Counted from the stretch's first letter, positions 18,034 to 28,407 are shown. The stretch: 32,000 nt of DNA from Candidatus Babelota bacterium (GCA_039809905.1 JBDHVY010000001.1:30001-62000); one strand, 5' to 3'. The notes: generated by a model not told the origin, from the letters alone. Program-made: numbers and translations.

Positions 18034-19218
18034 TTAAAAGTATAAAGCGGATAAAATTCCATTGCAAATACCATGAGCAAGGCAATTTTGATATTCATGA
18101 TTATTAAGTAACAATACTTCTTTGGGATGAGATAAAAAACCAACTTCTATAAGAATTGCAGGCATTTGCACACCAAGCATTACTTGAGAAACAGAATGTT
18201 TAACTTTTCTATCAATTGGTTCAGTATGAAATTGAGCTATTTTTTCACATATATTACGTTGTACTGAATGCGCTAACATGCGCGAAGTATCGGTACGCCG
18301 TGCCATAATATCTGCAACACAACCATCTTGTTTAGATGATAAACATGAATATTCTTTCTTTAACAAATTTGGTTGTATACAAAACGTTTCAACACCAACA
18401 GCTTTAGGATTTGCAGCATAATTTGCATGAATAGAAACAAATACATCCGCCTTAACACTGTGCGCATAAGATGTACGCTCATCAAGTTGCATATCACAAT
18501 CATTTTTTCGTGTTAACATAACAGAACAGCCATGTTGTTCCAATAGATTGCCCACAGCTGTACCAATAGAAAGACACACCTGCTTTTCTTGAATTCCACC
18601 CTGACCTACTGCGCCCGTATCACGACCACCATGGCCTGGATCAATAATAATACGAGGTTTATCAGAACGCCATAATGTACGCAAAACAGGTTGATTATTG
18701 GCTTGTTCAAGTTTATGCAACAATTCTTTATTATATAATCTGAATACAAAACCTTTTTGTAAGCCAATCGAATCAAATTGCTCATAATTTAAACTATACT
18801 TATCAGGATCAATGCAAAACGTGATTGTTACGCCTTTTGTTGGTTTGATTACTGATTCAATAGTAACTTTATAAGAATCATTAAAATTATTTACTCGATT
18901 AACCATTGCTTCACATTCAGAAGAATTAATAATTGTATTGGGGAAAAAAAAAGTAATAGCCGTGCAAGAACCATTTTGTATATTTTTTATTTCCTGAATA
19001 TGCGGGTCTGCAGAAAAGTATAATGATATATTTGCTTTTTCAAGATATTCATCATTGTTAGTTATGTGGTGATACACTTTATTCAAAACAATATTATCAT
19101 TACTAAATGAGTGAAAAGCATAGAGCACACTTATAACAAGAAATAGCGGTACTAAAAAATTTTCTATTATTTTGCTCATAACATCCTCCTTTACCCCATT
19201 TTCCATTACATTTTTCAT
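18034..19218 (-). CDS. N-acetylmuramoyl-L-alanine amidase (Amidase_3), membrane-anchored or exported
   Basis: RIIIDPGHGGRDTGAVG; ADVFVSIHANYAANP; MPAILIEVGFLSHPKE; N-terminal TM FLVPLFLVISVLYAF. Confidence 0.92.
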   Translation of the reverse strand: MKNVMENGVKEDVMSKIIENFLVPLFLVISVLYAFHSFSNDNIVLNKVYHHITNNDEYLEKANISLYFSADPHIQEIKNIQNGSCTAITFFFPNTIINSSECEAMVNRVNNFNDSYKVTIESVIKPTKGVTITFCIDPDKYSLNYEQFDSIGLQKGFVFRLYNKELLHKLEQANNQPVLRTLWRSDKPRIIIDPGHGGRDTGAVGQGGIQEKQVCLSIGTAVGNLLEQHGCSVMLTRKNDCDMQLDERTSYAHSVKADVFVSIHANYAANPKAVGVETFCIQPNLLKKEYSCLSSKQDGCVADIMARRTDTSRMLAHSVQRNICEKIAQFHTEPIDRKVKHSVSQVMLGVQMPAILIEVGFLSHPKEVLLLNNHEYQNCLAHGICNGILSALYF

Positions 19219-19372
19219 GAGGGACCTCTATAAAGAAAGACACTATCCTTCCTTTCTCATCCCCTCTCCTGACACAATAGTATCATTTGAAATATCAAAT
19301 AGTCAATATTAAAAATTAATGCTATGCAATTCTCTTTAGATTGAATAAAAAATGGGCAAAATTTTATACTCA

Positions 19373-20407
19373 TTATTTGGATTCAGCAACATAAGAAAGA
19401 CGATGCGAAGATTCCCATGCACGCAAAAAATCTTGAAGAGGATATCTTTTAAATACATCATTATCACATTCTGCAGCAGGATCATGACACAAAACTTCTC
19501 GGGTTTCATTATCCCAACCAACCACAACTAATAAGTGGCCATGAGGAAAAGATTTGAACGCACCAGGCAAACTACCACGAACACTCACAACCACAGGCAT
19601 TCCACAGATCAATTGTCGATGAATATCAGCAAAAAAGTTCATACGTCGAACAAAAAAATGAATAGTACCATTTGTATGCTCAAATGCATGAGCTATATTG
19701 CACGGCCAACTTCCATATACCCCAAGCCCTTGATCAAAAGAATGTATTGCAAACAATAAAGGATCTTCATCTTTATTCATTATATAGTTAACAAACATTG
19801 CGCATGAAACGGGAGAACATATTCTACCTTTATCTTCATGATCCAACACAAATTGCGCAATTTTTGGAACACCAGATAAATAGACAGATCCCAAATCATT
19901 ATTCACGTCTTTAGATGATTCAGCTTTGAAAAGAACATAATCTGAAGCAGCCACAGAAAGATTGTGTATCAAAGATAATGAAGCAGCTTTTTGTCCTTGA
20001 ACCTTTATCCGAAAAGCATCAGCACTTTTTTTATTTTCTATTTCAAGCCGTACATGTACAAAAGAAGAACAACCATCACTTTTACTAATATATGATTGCT
20101 GCATATGCGAACCCCAATCAACCATATGATGCCATATCCCCCATTTTTTGGTCGCTGCATCACGTACTTGCACGTAAAAAGAAAAGTAACCATTTTCAGG
20201 CCGAATAGCATTCCAGGAAAAAATAAGCTGCGTAAAAGGAGTTACGTTTTCCTGGCAAAACAATAATGATTTTTTGTTTTTATGTAATATGCGTTCTTTA
20301 TAGTTACATTTTTTATGGTATATCCATGTCCATTCAGATAAAGGTTCATTACCATAGAGAGGTAGGAAATACAAAAAAAATAGTAAAAATCGTGCTTTCA
20401 TCATCAT
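19373..20407 (-). CDS. Secreted papain-like peptidase C39-family protein
   Basis: CSPVSCAMFVNYI (cf. CGPxSxAM), GHLLVVVGWDN, HDPAAE order; signal peptide MMMKARFLLFFLYFLPLYG. Confidence 0.75.
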   Translation of the reverse strand: MMMKARFLLFFLYFLPLYGNEPLSEWTWIYHKKCNYKERILHKNKKSLLFCQENVTPFTQLIFSWNAIRPENGYFSFYVQVRDAATKKWGIWHHMVDWGSHMQQSYISKSDGCSSFVHVRLEIENKKSADAFRIKVQGQKAASLSLIHNLSVAASDYVLFKAESSKDVNNDLGSVYLSGVPKIAQFVLDHEDKGRICSPVSCAMFVNYIMNKDEDPLLFAIHSFDQGLGVYGSWPCNIAHAFEHTNGTIHFFVRRMNFFADIHRQLICGMPVVVSVRGSLPGAFKSFPHGHLLVVVGWDNETREVLCHDPAAECDNDVFKRYPLQDFLRAWESSHRLSYVAESK

Positions 20408-20573
20408 TTGTATCCTCTCTATATACTTTATTAATTTTCACATATATAATAACACGCACGCACATTAATTATCAATATTTCTAAATGAAATAAAAGCAAT
20501 GTGCGTAAATCATGGAAAAGAGTACCATAACTTTGTTACACTAGCACTAGAACAACCAGAAAAAGGATTTGTC

Positions 20574-21827
20574 ATGAAATTATTCAATGTCATTTTTCTT
20601 GTATATGCACTTTTTATTATCCCATTAGCTTTATTTTCAAATCAAAAAGCAGTTATAAGCGTTCCAATTGCTGATCTACTGGGACAGCAAATAACCACCA
20701 CAATACCTAATAGCTCAGCCGAAAATGCGTACGCATCAATTGCTGTGTGTGGCAGCAACATCAAAATTGCGTGTGCTTGTCCTCGCTTACACCAATTACT
20801 GTATAATGAAATTGTTGATGTTTTAAAAACAACGGATGAAGAAGTATGTATACAAACTACTCAAGCATATTATCTTACCCAACAAACAAAAAAACCACAA
20901 AACCAATATTGGACATTAAAAAAAAATATCACCTATCTTGATGATCTGATGACACACCATATTTCGGCATCTCATATACCACAACCAATAGATTTTTCTG
21001 ATAACAATTATCACGCGTTGACTAATACTGACATTATAACACTCACTGAACCCCATCATGATTCAACATTACGTATTACTTTTTCTGCAGGAACACGTTT
21101 TGTAAAAACAGATTCGCCACGTAAAAAAAGGGCTTGCATTATTGAAGTATTTGCCGTTGATTATCTCCACCTAAAATTGCATAAAATAAAAATACCCTTA
21201 CATAAATGCATTATTGCTCATCAGGTCAAAACAAACCAAGAACATATAACAGATTTTATTACCGTGCTCAAAAAATGGTCACACTGCAAACAAGGATTTA
21301 TTCCCTACGTGTGGGGAGGAACAAGCTTTGTAAAACCAATACATACACATTTTAAAGAAGTTACTAAAACAGGACACCATGGCGATTATTCTTTTTATGA
21401 ATACGATAAAAATACACTCTCTCCAAAAAATGGCTTTGATTGCTCAGGACTTATTTTACGCGCAGCACAAATCAGTGGAATTCCTTATTTTTGTAAAAAC
21501 ACGACAACCATTGAACAATGCCTTGCCCCACTGACTACAGAACAACAATTGCAAGCCGGGGATCTTATTTTGATAAAAGGACACGTGATGGTTGTTGCTG
21601 ATACCACCAAAAACACATTGATCGAAGCACGATCTTATGGGCATGGATATGGTAAATTACACGAAATACCTATTAATCAAGTATTTGAAGGAATAGAAAC
21701 CTATAAAGATTTATATGATACATATCATGAAAAAAAAGTAGTTAAAAGAAAAGATAAAGATGGTAAAGTTCGTGATACATTCAGTAATTTACAATTATTT
21801 TCAATGATGAGTGTATGGAATAAATAA
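20574..21827 (+). CDS. Exported NlpC/P60 family peptidase; likely start at 20574 (MKLFNVIFLVYALF), ORF open to 20499
   Basis: PYVWGGTSF, NGFDCSGLILRAAQ, LQAGDLILIKGHVMVVAD, IEARSYG. Confidence 0.9.
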   Translation: MKLFNVIFLVYALFIIPLALFSNQKAVISVPIADLLGQQITTTIPNSSAENAYASIAVCGSNIKIACACPRLHQLLYNEIVDVLKTTDEEVCIQTTQAYYLTQQTKKPQNQYWTLKKNITYLDDLMTHHISASHIPQPIDFSDNNYHALTNTDIITLTEPHHDSTLRITFSAGTRFVKTDSPRKKRACIIEVFAVDYLHLKLHKIKIPLHKCIIAHQVKTNQEHITDFITVLKKWSHCKQGFIPYVWGGTSFVKPIHTHFKEVTKTGHHGDYSFYEYDKNTLSPKNGFDCSGLILRAAQISGIPYFCKNTTTIEQCLAPLTTEQQLQAGDLILIKGHVMVVADTTKNTLIEARSYGHGYGKLHEIPINQVFEGIETYKDLYDTYHEKKVVKRKDKDGKVRDTFSNLQLFSMMSVWNK

Positions 21828-21857
21828 AAAAGACTTTCAATCATTGAAGGTCTTTTT
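21827..21857. terminator. Intrinsic terminator between convergent genes
   Basis: aaaaagactttcaa / ttgaaggtcttttt hairpin with one G-U-type pair, 3-nt loop. Confidence 0.75.
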
Positions 21858-21882
21858 ACAAATCAAAAGTATTTAAAAAATA

Positions 21883-22275
21883 TTACTTTTTATCAGCCAT
21901 AAATTTTTTACACTCTCTGATATCATTACGCATTTGTTTAATTTCTTTAGCTACATTGTAAGTAATAACTCCACCACATACAATAGGAGCAGATATGAGA
22001 TGTGATACAAAAAGGCCGCCATTCACTGAAATAAGTCTTGATTTAAGAAATACAGATTTTATATTTGATCTAACAGCTGATACGCTCTCTACAACATGAA
22101 GAGCTCCATAAAGGGTGCCATACAATGGGGCTATTTCTTTTAAATCTCGCCGAACTGATTCTTTAAAAGATGGTGTTTTTTGGTCTTCTGATGGGATTAC
22201 ACTCATAGAAACTTGTAGTAATATTACTATTAATAAACCATTATACTTATTCATAAATAAGTCCTTTTTCTTCAA
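21883..22275 (-). CDS. Small hypothetical secreted/membrane protein; possible start at 22254
   Basis: Signal-like MNKYNGLLIVILLQVSMS; ends adjacent to a similar-sized gene. Confidence 0.5.
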   Translation of the reverse strand: MKKKDLFMNKYNGLLIVILLQVSMSVIPSEDQKTPSFKESVRRDLKEIAPLYGTLYGALHVVESVSAVRSNIKSVFLKSRLISVNGGLFVSHLISAPIVCGGVITYNVAKEIKQMRNDIRECKKFMADKK

Positions 22276-22277
22276 GA

Positions 22278-22628
22278 TTATTCACTAATATTTCTTTGTA
22301 ACGTATTGCACGAATTATAGATAGCTGTAAACAACATCGTAGCTGGCATTGTTTTAAGTAATCCTTTACGCATACCATAATTCATACCGTCAAAATCTTG
22401 TAAAGAGTTCTTGAAAGGAGCACCTTTTGCAATCTTTATCGCACTTACTGATACAACAGGAATAGCGCTATAAAGAGCAAGATAAGTCATCATATAATTT
22501 GCAACGGCTGTTTTGATCGAATATTTATGTGTATCAACACATTCTTTTTTAGATATATCTAGCCCAAATAAACCACTGTGGATAGCCAAACATATGACTG
22601 CTACCATTGCAATATTGTTTTTATTCAT
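22278..22628 (-). CDS. Small hypothetical secreted/membrane protein
   Basis: Signal-like MNKNNIAMVAVICLAIHSGLFG; complete ORF 2 nt from the next gene on the same strand. Confidence 0.5.
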   Translation of the reverse strand: MNKNNIAMVAVICLAIHSGLFGLDISKKECVDTHKYSIKTAVANYMMTYLALYSAIPVVSVSAIKIAKGAPFKNSLQDFDGMNYGMRKGLLKTMPATMLFTAIYNSCNTLQRNISE

Positions 22629-22865
22629 AAATTTTCCCTATTATAGACTAATAAATACGTCTCTTTACAAAGATAACATAAAAATTCAGATTGTAAAGAA
22701 CCATCCCAAAAGACCCATGGACAGGGAATAAATGGCACATCCTTTCATATGCAGCAGATTATGCACTACAAGGATACGTCTTTTAAGCAATGAAAATAGG
22801 AAAATTGACCAAATAAGCAATCTTGGATAGTATATGCGCGTAAACACATATCATTAAGGAAAATC

Positions 22866-23819
22866 GTGAAAAGTATAAAAAAATGTATGTTCAAAAAAAT
22901 AACTTTCTTATTGAGCCTCTTTATTATGGAACAAGCTCATGGCATGCATACACCCATGGAAATTGAAAAAGCAGATTCTATTGCAAGAGAAGCTTATGTT
23001 AAGGAATTATTATTACGTACTATCGCACTTCCCGATGATATTAAAAGATATATCTTCCAAATAATGCCACGTGAATCTCATGATGAATTTATTAAACGCG
23101 TTAAAGCAACCACAAAAAAAACAATTCCCGATTATTATTACTATAAAAATTTTCAAAAAACTCAATTCGGTAAAGGCGGCCATAGCAAAATGAGTATTCC
23201 AACTGGGTTATGTCCTTATAATGACCATGTTGCCGTATTGAATGGAAACCATCTTCAGATTATTAATACTCACAATCATTCTATAATACACACAGAAAAC
23301 CTTCCTAACCTGTACTATAAGAATATCGCTCTCTCTTGCAATCTACATACAATTGCAACTATTCACGAAGAAAGAAGAGATACAAAAGGTTTTTCTAATA
23401 TTTCTCCTTATGATAAGAGTATAAATGTGTTAACGATAAAAAACAGACAAACACAAAAAACAGAATCTTATAATCTCTCTAATCTCTCTCCTTTTTTTGT
23501 CATGGGTGACGCACATTATCCATTACCTGAATTCGCTTTTAATGAAGAAGGAACTCATCTAATTCTACGCGGTATAAATGCTGAACAAGTAACATGCTCC
23601 TGTGAAGGTATCGGCTCATGTGATGCATGCAAAGATATGCCTCATCATTTGATAATCCCCGTTATCATTAATCAACATATGCATCTTTTATTTTCCCTTG
23701 TCATGGGTAACAATTTCCCCAATAACGCACATGAAACATCAAATGAATCGCACACCTATGTTAATGAATGGGGACTTTTTGCTCCGGTAGTAGAGATCTT
23801 GAAAAGCTTTTTGCCCTAA
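22866..23819 (+). CDS. Secreted F-box-like/propeller-like protein, copy 1 of tandem pair
   Basis: Signal peptide ending at HG|MHTPMEIE; LPDDIKRYIFQIMP F-box-like helix; repeated short beta segments (HVAVLNGNHLQIINTHNHSI); high identity to the following ORF. Confidence 0.6.
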   Translation: MKSIKKCMFKKITFLLSLFIMEQAHGMHTPMEIEKADSIAREAYVKELLLRTIALPDDIKRYIFQIMPRESHDEFIKRVKATTKKTIPDYYYYKNFQKTQFGKGGHSKMSIPTGLCPYNDHVAVLNGNHLQIINTHNHSIIHTENLPNLYYKNIALSCNLHTIATIHEERRDTKGFSNISPYDKSINVLTIKNRQTQKTESYNLSNLSPFFVMGDAHYPLPEFAFNEEGTHLILRGINAEQVTCSCEGIGSCDACKDMPHHLIIPVIINQHMHLLFSLVMGNNFPNNAHETSNESHTYVNEWGLFAPVVEILKSFLP

Positions 23820-23860
23820 TAGTGCAAAGGAAATATCACAGGAAAAAAAATAGAAAAATC

Positions 23861-24754
23861 ATGAAAAATACAAAAAAAATTATGCAGAAAAAAATAGTCT
23901 TTCTTATGAGTATGCTTATTATTCACCAAACTTATGGTATGCATACACCTATGGAAATCGAAATAGCAGATTCAATTATTGAAAAAAAAACTGATTTTAA
24001 AGAATTATTACGAAACATTATCACGCTTCCTACCGATATTAAAAGATATATTTTTCAAATAATGCCACGTGAATCTCATGATGAATTTATTGAACGCATC
24101 AAAACTACCACAAAAAAAACAATTCCCGATTATTATTACTATAAAAATTTTCAAAAACCTCAACTCGGTAAAGGCGGCCGTGACAAAATGAACATTCCTA
24201 CTGCTGGGCTATGTCCTTATAATGACTATGTTGCCGTATTGAACGGAAAACACCTCCAGATTATTAATACTCACAATCATTCTATAATACACACAGAAAA
24301 ACTTCCTAGATCAAACTATAAAAATATCGCTCTCTCTTGCAATCCTCACACAATTGCAACTATTCATAAAGAAAAAAGAGATGTAAGATATTCTTCTGGT
24401 TTTTCTTTTAGTTTTGCCAGTGCAAACGTGCTAACAATAAAAAACATACACACGCAAAAAACAGAATCCTTTGATCTTCCTTCTCATTTTGAAGTGGCTC
24501 ACGCAAATTATCAATCACCCGAATTTGGTTTTAATAAAGAAGGAACTGATCTCATTCTACGTGGCGTAGATGATCAAAAAGAACAAACATGCTCCTGTGA
24601 TCCTGAAAGCCTATGCGATGTAACATGCCAAGATATGCCTCATCACTTGATAATTCCCGTTACCATTAATCAACATATGCATCTTTTATTTTCTCTTATC
24701 ATGCGTAACATTTTGCCCAATAGCGCAAATGAAGAATTTAAAGAAAAAAAATAG
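23861..24754 (+). CDS. Secreted F-box-like/propeller-like protein, copy 2 of tandem pair; start likely 23861 rather than 23768
   Basis: MKNTKKIMQKKIVFLMSMLIIHQTYG|MHTPMEIE aligns with copy 1; LPTDIKRYIFQIMP; CSC...C...C cluster shared with copy 1. Confidence 0.6.
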   Translation: MKNTKKIMQKKIVFLMSMLIIHQTYGMHTPMEIEIADSIIEKKTDFKELLRNIITLPTDIKRYIFQIMPRESHDEFIERIKTTTKKTIPDYYYYKNFQKPQLGKGGRDKMNIPTAGLCPYNDYVAVLNGKHLQIINTHNHSIIHTEKLPRSNYKNIALSCNPHTIATIHKEKRDVRYSSGFSFSFASANVLTIKNIHTQKTESFDLPSHFEVAHANYQSPEFGFNKEGTDLILRGVDDQKEQTCSCDPESLCDVTCQDMPHHLIIPVTINQHMHLLFSLIMRNILPNSANEEFKEKK

Positions 24755-24762
24755 AAGCGTTA

Positions 24763-25962
24763 TTAATTTTGCTCTTCCAACACTATCTGTACCCTACCTC
24801 TTTTGGCAGGCATATAAGACCCTTCTGCTTGATTGCTACAAAATACTAACATTCGTGCATGCAATAGTGGTAGCGCAATAAAAAGCTCTTTTTCCACAGC
24901 CTGCATCGTATCGGATTCTACTGAACAGTAATAAGGAGGCTTGCAAATATCTTTATGTTTCTCCATAAAACTACCTTCTTCATCAAGCGAAACTGAAGGT
25001 GTTTTCCAATATCCACCTAAGAAATGAACATAGTGGCATCCTTTATTATAAACTAATAAAAATGCCACTCGCATAGTTGGTTGATAGATTTTATAGTTTA
25101 AATGAGGAATCGCAATAGAATCGGAGGTCACAAATTCTTCTACAATAAAACTATCAAAAAAATCATTTTTCCATGAAGCATAAGCTGGATCTTTGCTTTC
25201 TGCTAATACGCCACTTTTGGTAATGATATAATATAAAATCTCATCTAAATCTTGCTTTTGTGTAATGATTACTCCATTTCCCTGAAATTCTCCTCGTGGT
25301 TTTATCACGAAGGTATCACATTGAAGATCATCTGCAATATGTGTGGCAAGCTCTTTGGTATAATTTTTTTGATAATTACCCCATTTCGGCTTAAACGTAG
25401 AAAGCAACTCATCTTCTGCAAACAATTGCGTCATACGAAATTTATCAATCCAAAAAGGAAAACTCGATTTATCTATAACTATCATGCCGGGAAATCTTGT
25501 TTCAAAATCATCAATGACACATATCTGAGATCCGTTACTATATAAAAATCCTTGATACGATGAAAGATCATATTTATCAACAACCGATTGCTGAGCCTGA
25601 TTTCTAAAATAAGGATCAGAAACCAAAGCAATCAAGTCTGATGAGTTTTTCCAAGAAGAAGATTGAGTAAGCACAGAAACTATATTTTTATCTGCTATCC
25701 CATTAGCTACTACCCATCCATTTTGATTGTACAAAGAAAGAATACGCAAAAATTCTTGGTAAATAGATTCCTCTTGCGCACAACGAAATGCATCACCATT
25801 GAATAAAGAGAGAGACGCCTGCTGAATTTCACAAATCTTTACGCCTTGTCTAGTATTATATTTTAAATCCGCAATCATGAAACATATATCCACTGGATAT
25901 TTTTCAGCTGCATAAACAATATGAAAAAAGCAGGCAACCAATATGGTAATAAATCTGCTCAT
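24763..25962 (-). CDS. Secreted ATP-grasp-like protein
   Basis: Signal peptide MSRFITILVACFFHIVYA; CDTFVIKPRGEFQGNGVIIT, DSFIVEEFV, PTMRVAFLLVY resemble the ATP-grasp lysine/loop/metal-binding order. Confidence 0.5.
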   Translation of the reverse strand: MSRFITILVACFFHIVYAAEKYPVDICFMIADLKYNTRQGVKICEIQQASLSLFNGDAFRCAQEESIYQEFLRILSLYNQNGWVVANGIADKNIVSVLTQSSSWKNSSDLIALVSDPYFRNQAQQSVVDKYDLSSYQGFLYSNGSQICVIDDFETRFPGMIVIDKSSFPFWIDKFRMTQLFAEDELLSTFKPKWGNYQKNYTKELATHIADDLQCDTFVIKPRGEFQGNGVIITQKQDLDEILYYIITKSGVLAESKDPAYASWKNDFFDSFIVEEFVTSDSIAIPHLNYKIYQPTMRVAFLLVYNKGCHYVHFLGGYWKTPSVSLDEEGSFMEKHKDICKPPYYCSVESDTMQAVEKELFIALPLLHARMLVFCSNQAEGSYMPAKRGRVQIVLEEQN

Positions 25963-25965
25963 CTA

Positions 25966-27330
<1,365 letters not shown>

Positions 27331-27344
27331 ATGATGAAGAATAT

Positions 27345-27376
27345 AAAAAAAGCCTTATATAGCACAAGGTTTTTTT
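27345..27376. terminator. Possible intrinsic terminator
   Basis: aaaaaaagcctt / aaggttttttt imperfect hairpin followed by T-run. Confidence 0.45.
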
Positions 27377-27522
27377 ATAATGAGATAAATTTAATTATAG
27401 CAAACTGAGCACATGTTTTTAATCAAGCCAATAACACTAAGTTGTTTTTTAAATAATTCTATCTTTTGCTGGCCTATATGAGGTATCTTTTTGAGAAACT
27501 TATAAAAAAAGTGAGAAATATC

Positions 27523-28362
27523 ATGGGATTTACTATACAAAAAGATACCAATGAAATAAAAAATTTTGATATAGAAAAATTCAGACGATCAATAACAAGA
27601 CCTGGTACATCACCAAAACTCATTGAAGAAATTATTAAAAATGTACAGAACAACACATCACAATTTAAAACATCGGAAGATATATTTAGATACACCTTTG
27701 AGTTACTCAAAGAAAAAGAACCGTATGCTGCAATCAAATATAATTTAAAAAGAGCTATACTCGAACTTGGACCAACAGGATATCCTTTCGAACAATTTGT
27801 AGCTGAAATCTTTAAAGCTCAAGGATATCAAACAGAGACAAATCAAATTGTTAAAGGTTGGTGCGTAGATCATGAAATAGACCTTATCGCAAGAAAAAAC
27901 AATGAAACTTTCATGGTTGAGTGCAAATTCCATAACGAACTTGGTTACAGATCCCATGTTCAGGTTCCCCTATACACTGAAGCGCGTTTTCATGATATAA
28001 AAAAAACATGGAAACCCGATAATACTCAACATAAATTGACACACACATGGATTGTAACTAATACATCATTTACGTATGAAGCGATCAAATACAGTAATTG
28101 CACGGGAATAACATTAACAAGTTGGGATTATCCAAAAACAGAAAATTTAGCCCATCTGATTGTGAAATTTAACTTATACCCTATTACAGCTCTCACATCA
28201 CTAACTCATCACCAAAAATATTTATGTATTCAAGAAGGGCTCATGTTAGCCAAAGATGTTGAAAAAAATATCCCAATCCTTAAAAAGATTGGGCTTAAAG
28301 ATTCTGAAATCCATAGGATCATCCAACATTGTAATTTTGCTTGCGACAGGGGTAAAAAATAA
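27523..28362 (+). CDS. ATP-cone domain fused to Mrr-like PD-(D/E)XK nuclease domain; likely start at 27523
   Basis: ATP-cone-like MGFTIQKDTNEIKNFDIEKFRRSITRPG...FELLKE; nuclease core VDHEIDLIARKNNETFMVECKFH. Confidence 0.8.
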   Translation: MGFTIQKDTNEIKNFDIEKFRRSITRPGTSPKLIEEIIKNVQNNTSQFKTSEDIFRYTFELLKEKEPYAAIKYNLKRAILELGPTGYPFEQFVAEIFKAQGYQTETNQIVKGWCVDHEIDLIARKNNETFMVECKFHNELGYRSHVQVPLYTEARFHDIKKTWKPDNTQHKLTHTWIVTNTSFTYEAIKYSNCTGITLTSWDYPKTENLAHLIVKFNLYPITALTSLTHHQKYLCIQEGLMLAKDVEKNIPILKKIGLKDSEIHRIIQHCNFACDRGKK

Positions 28363-28407
28363 TCATAAACTTAATACTCAACGCACTCATTTGGAAAGAG
28401 AAAAACC

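Noticed and set aside
23768-23860. N-terminal extension of the second paralog (MGTFCSGSRDLEKLFALIVQRKYHRKKNRK)
   Set aside because: Overlaps the end of copy 1 and is out-of-frame reading of its tail; alignment of signal peptides puts the real start at 23861.
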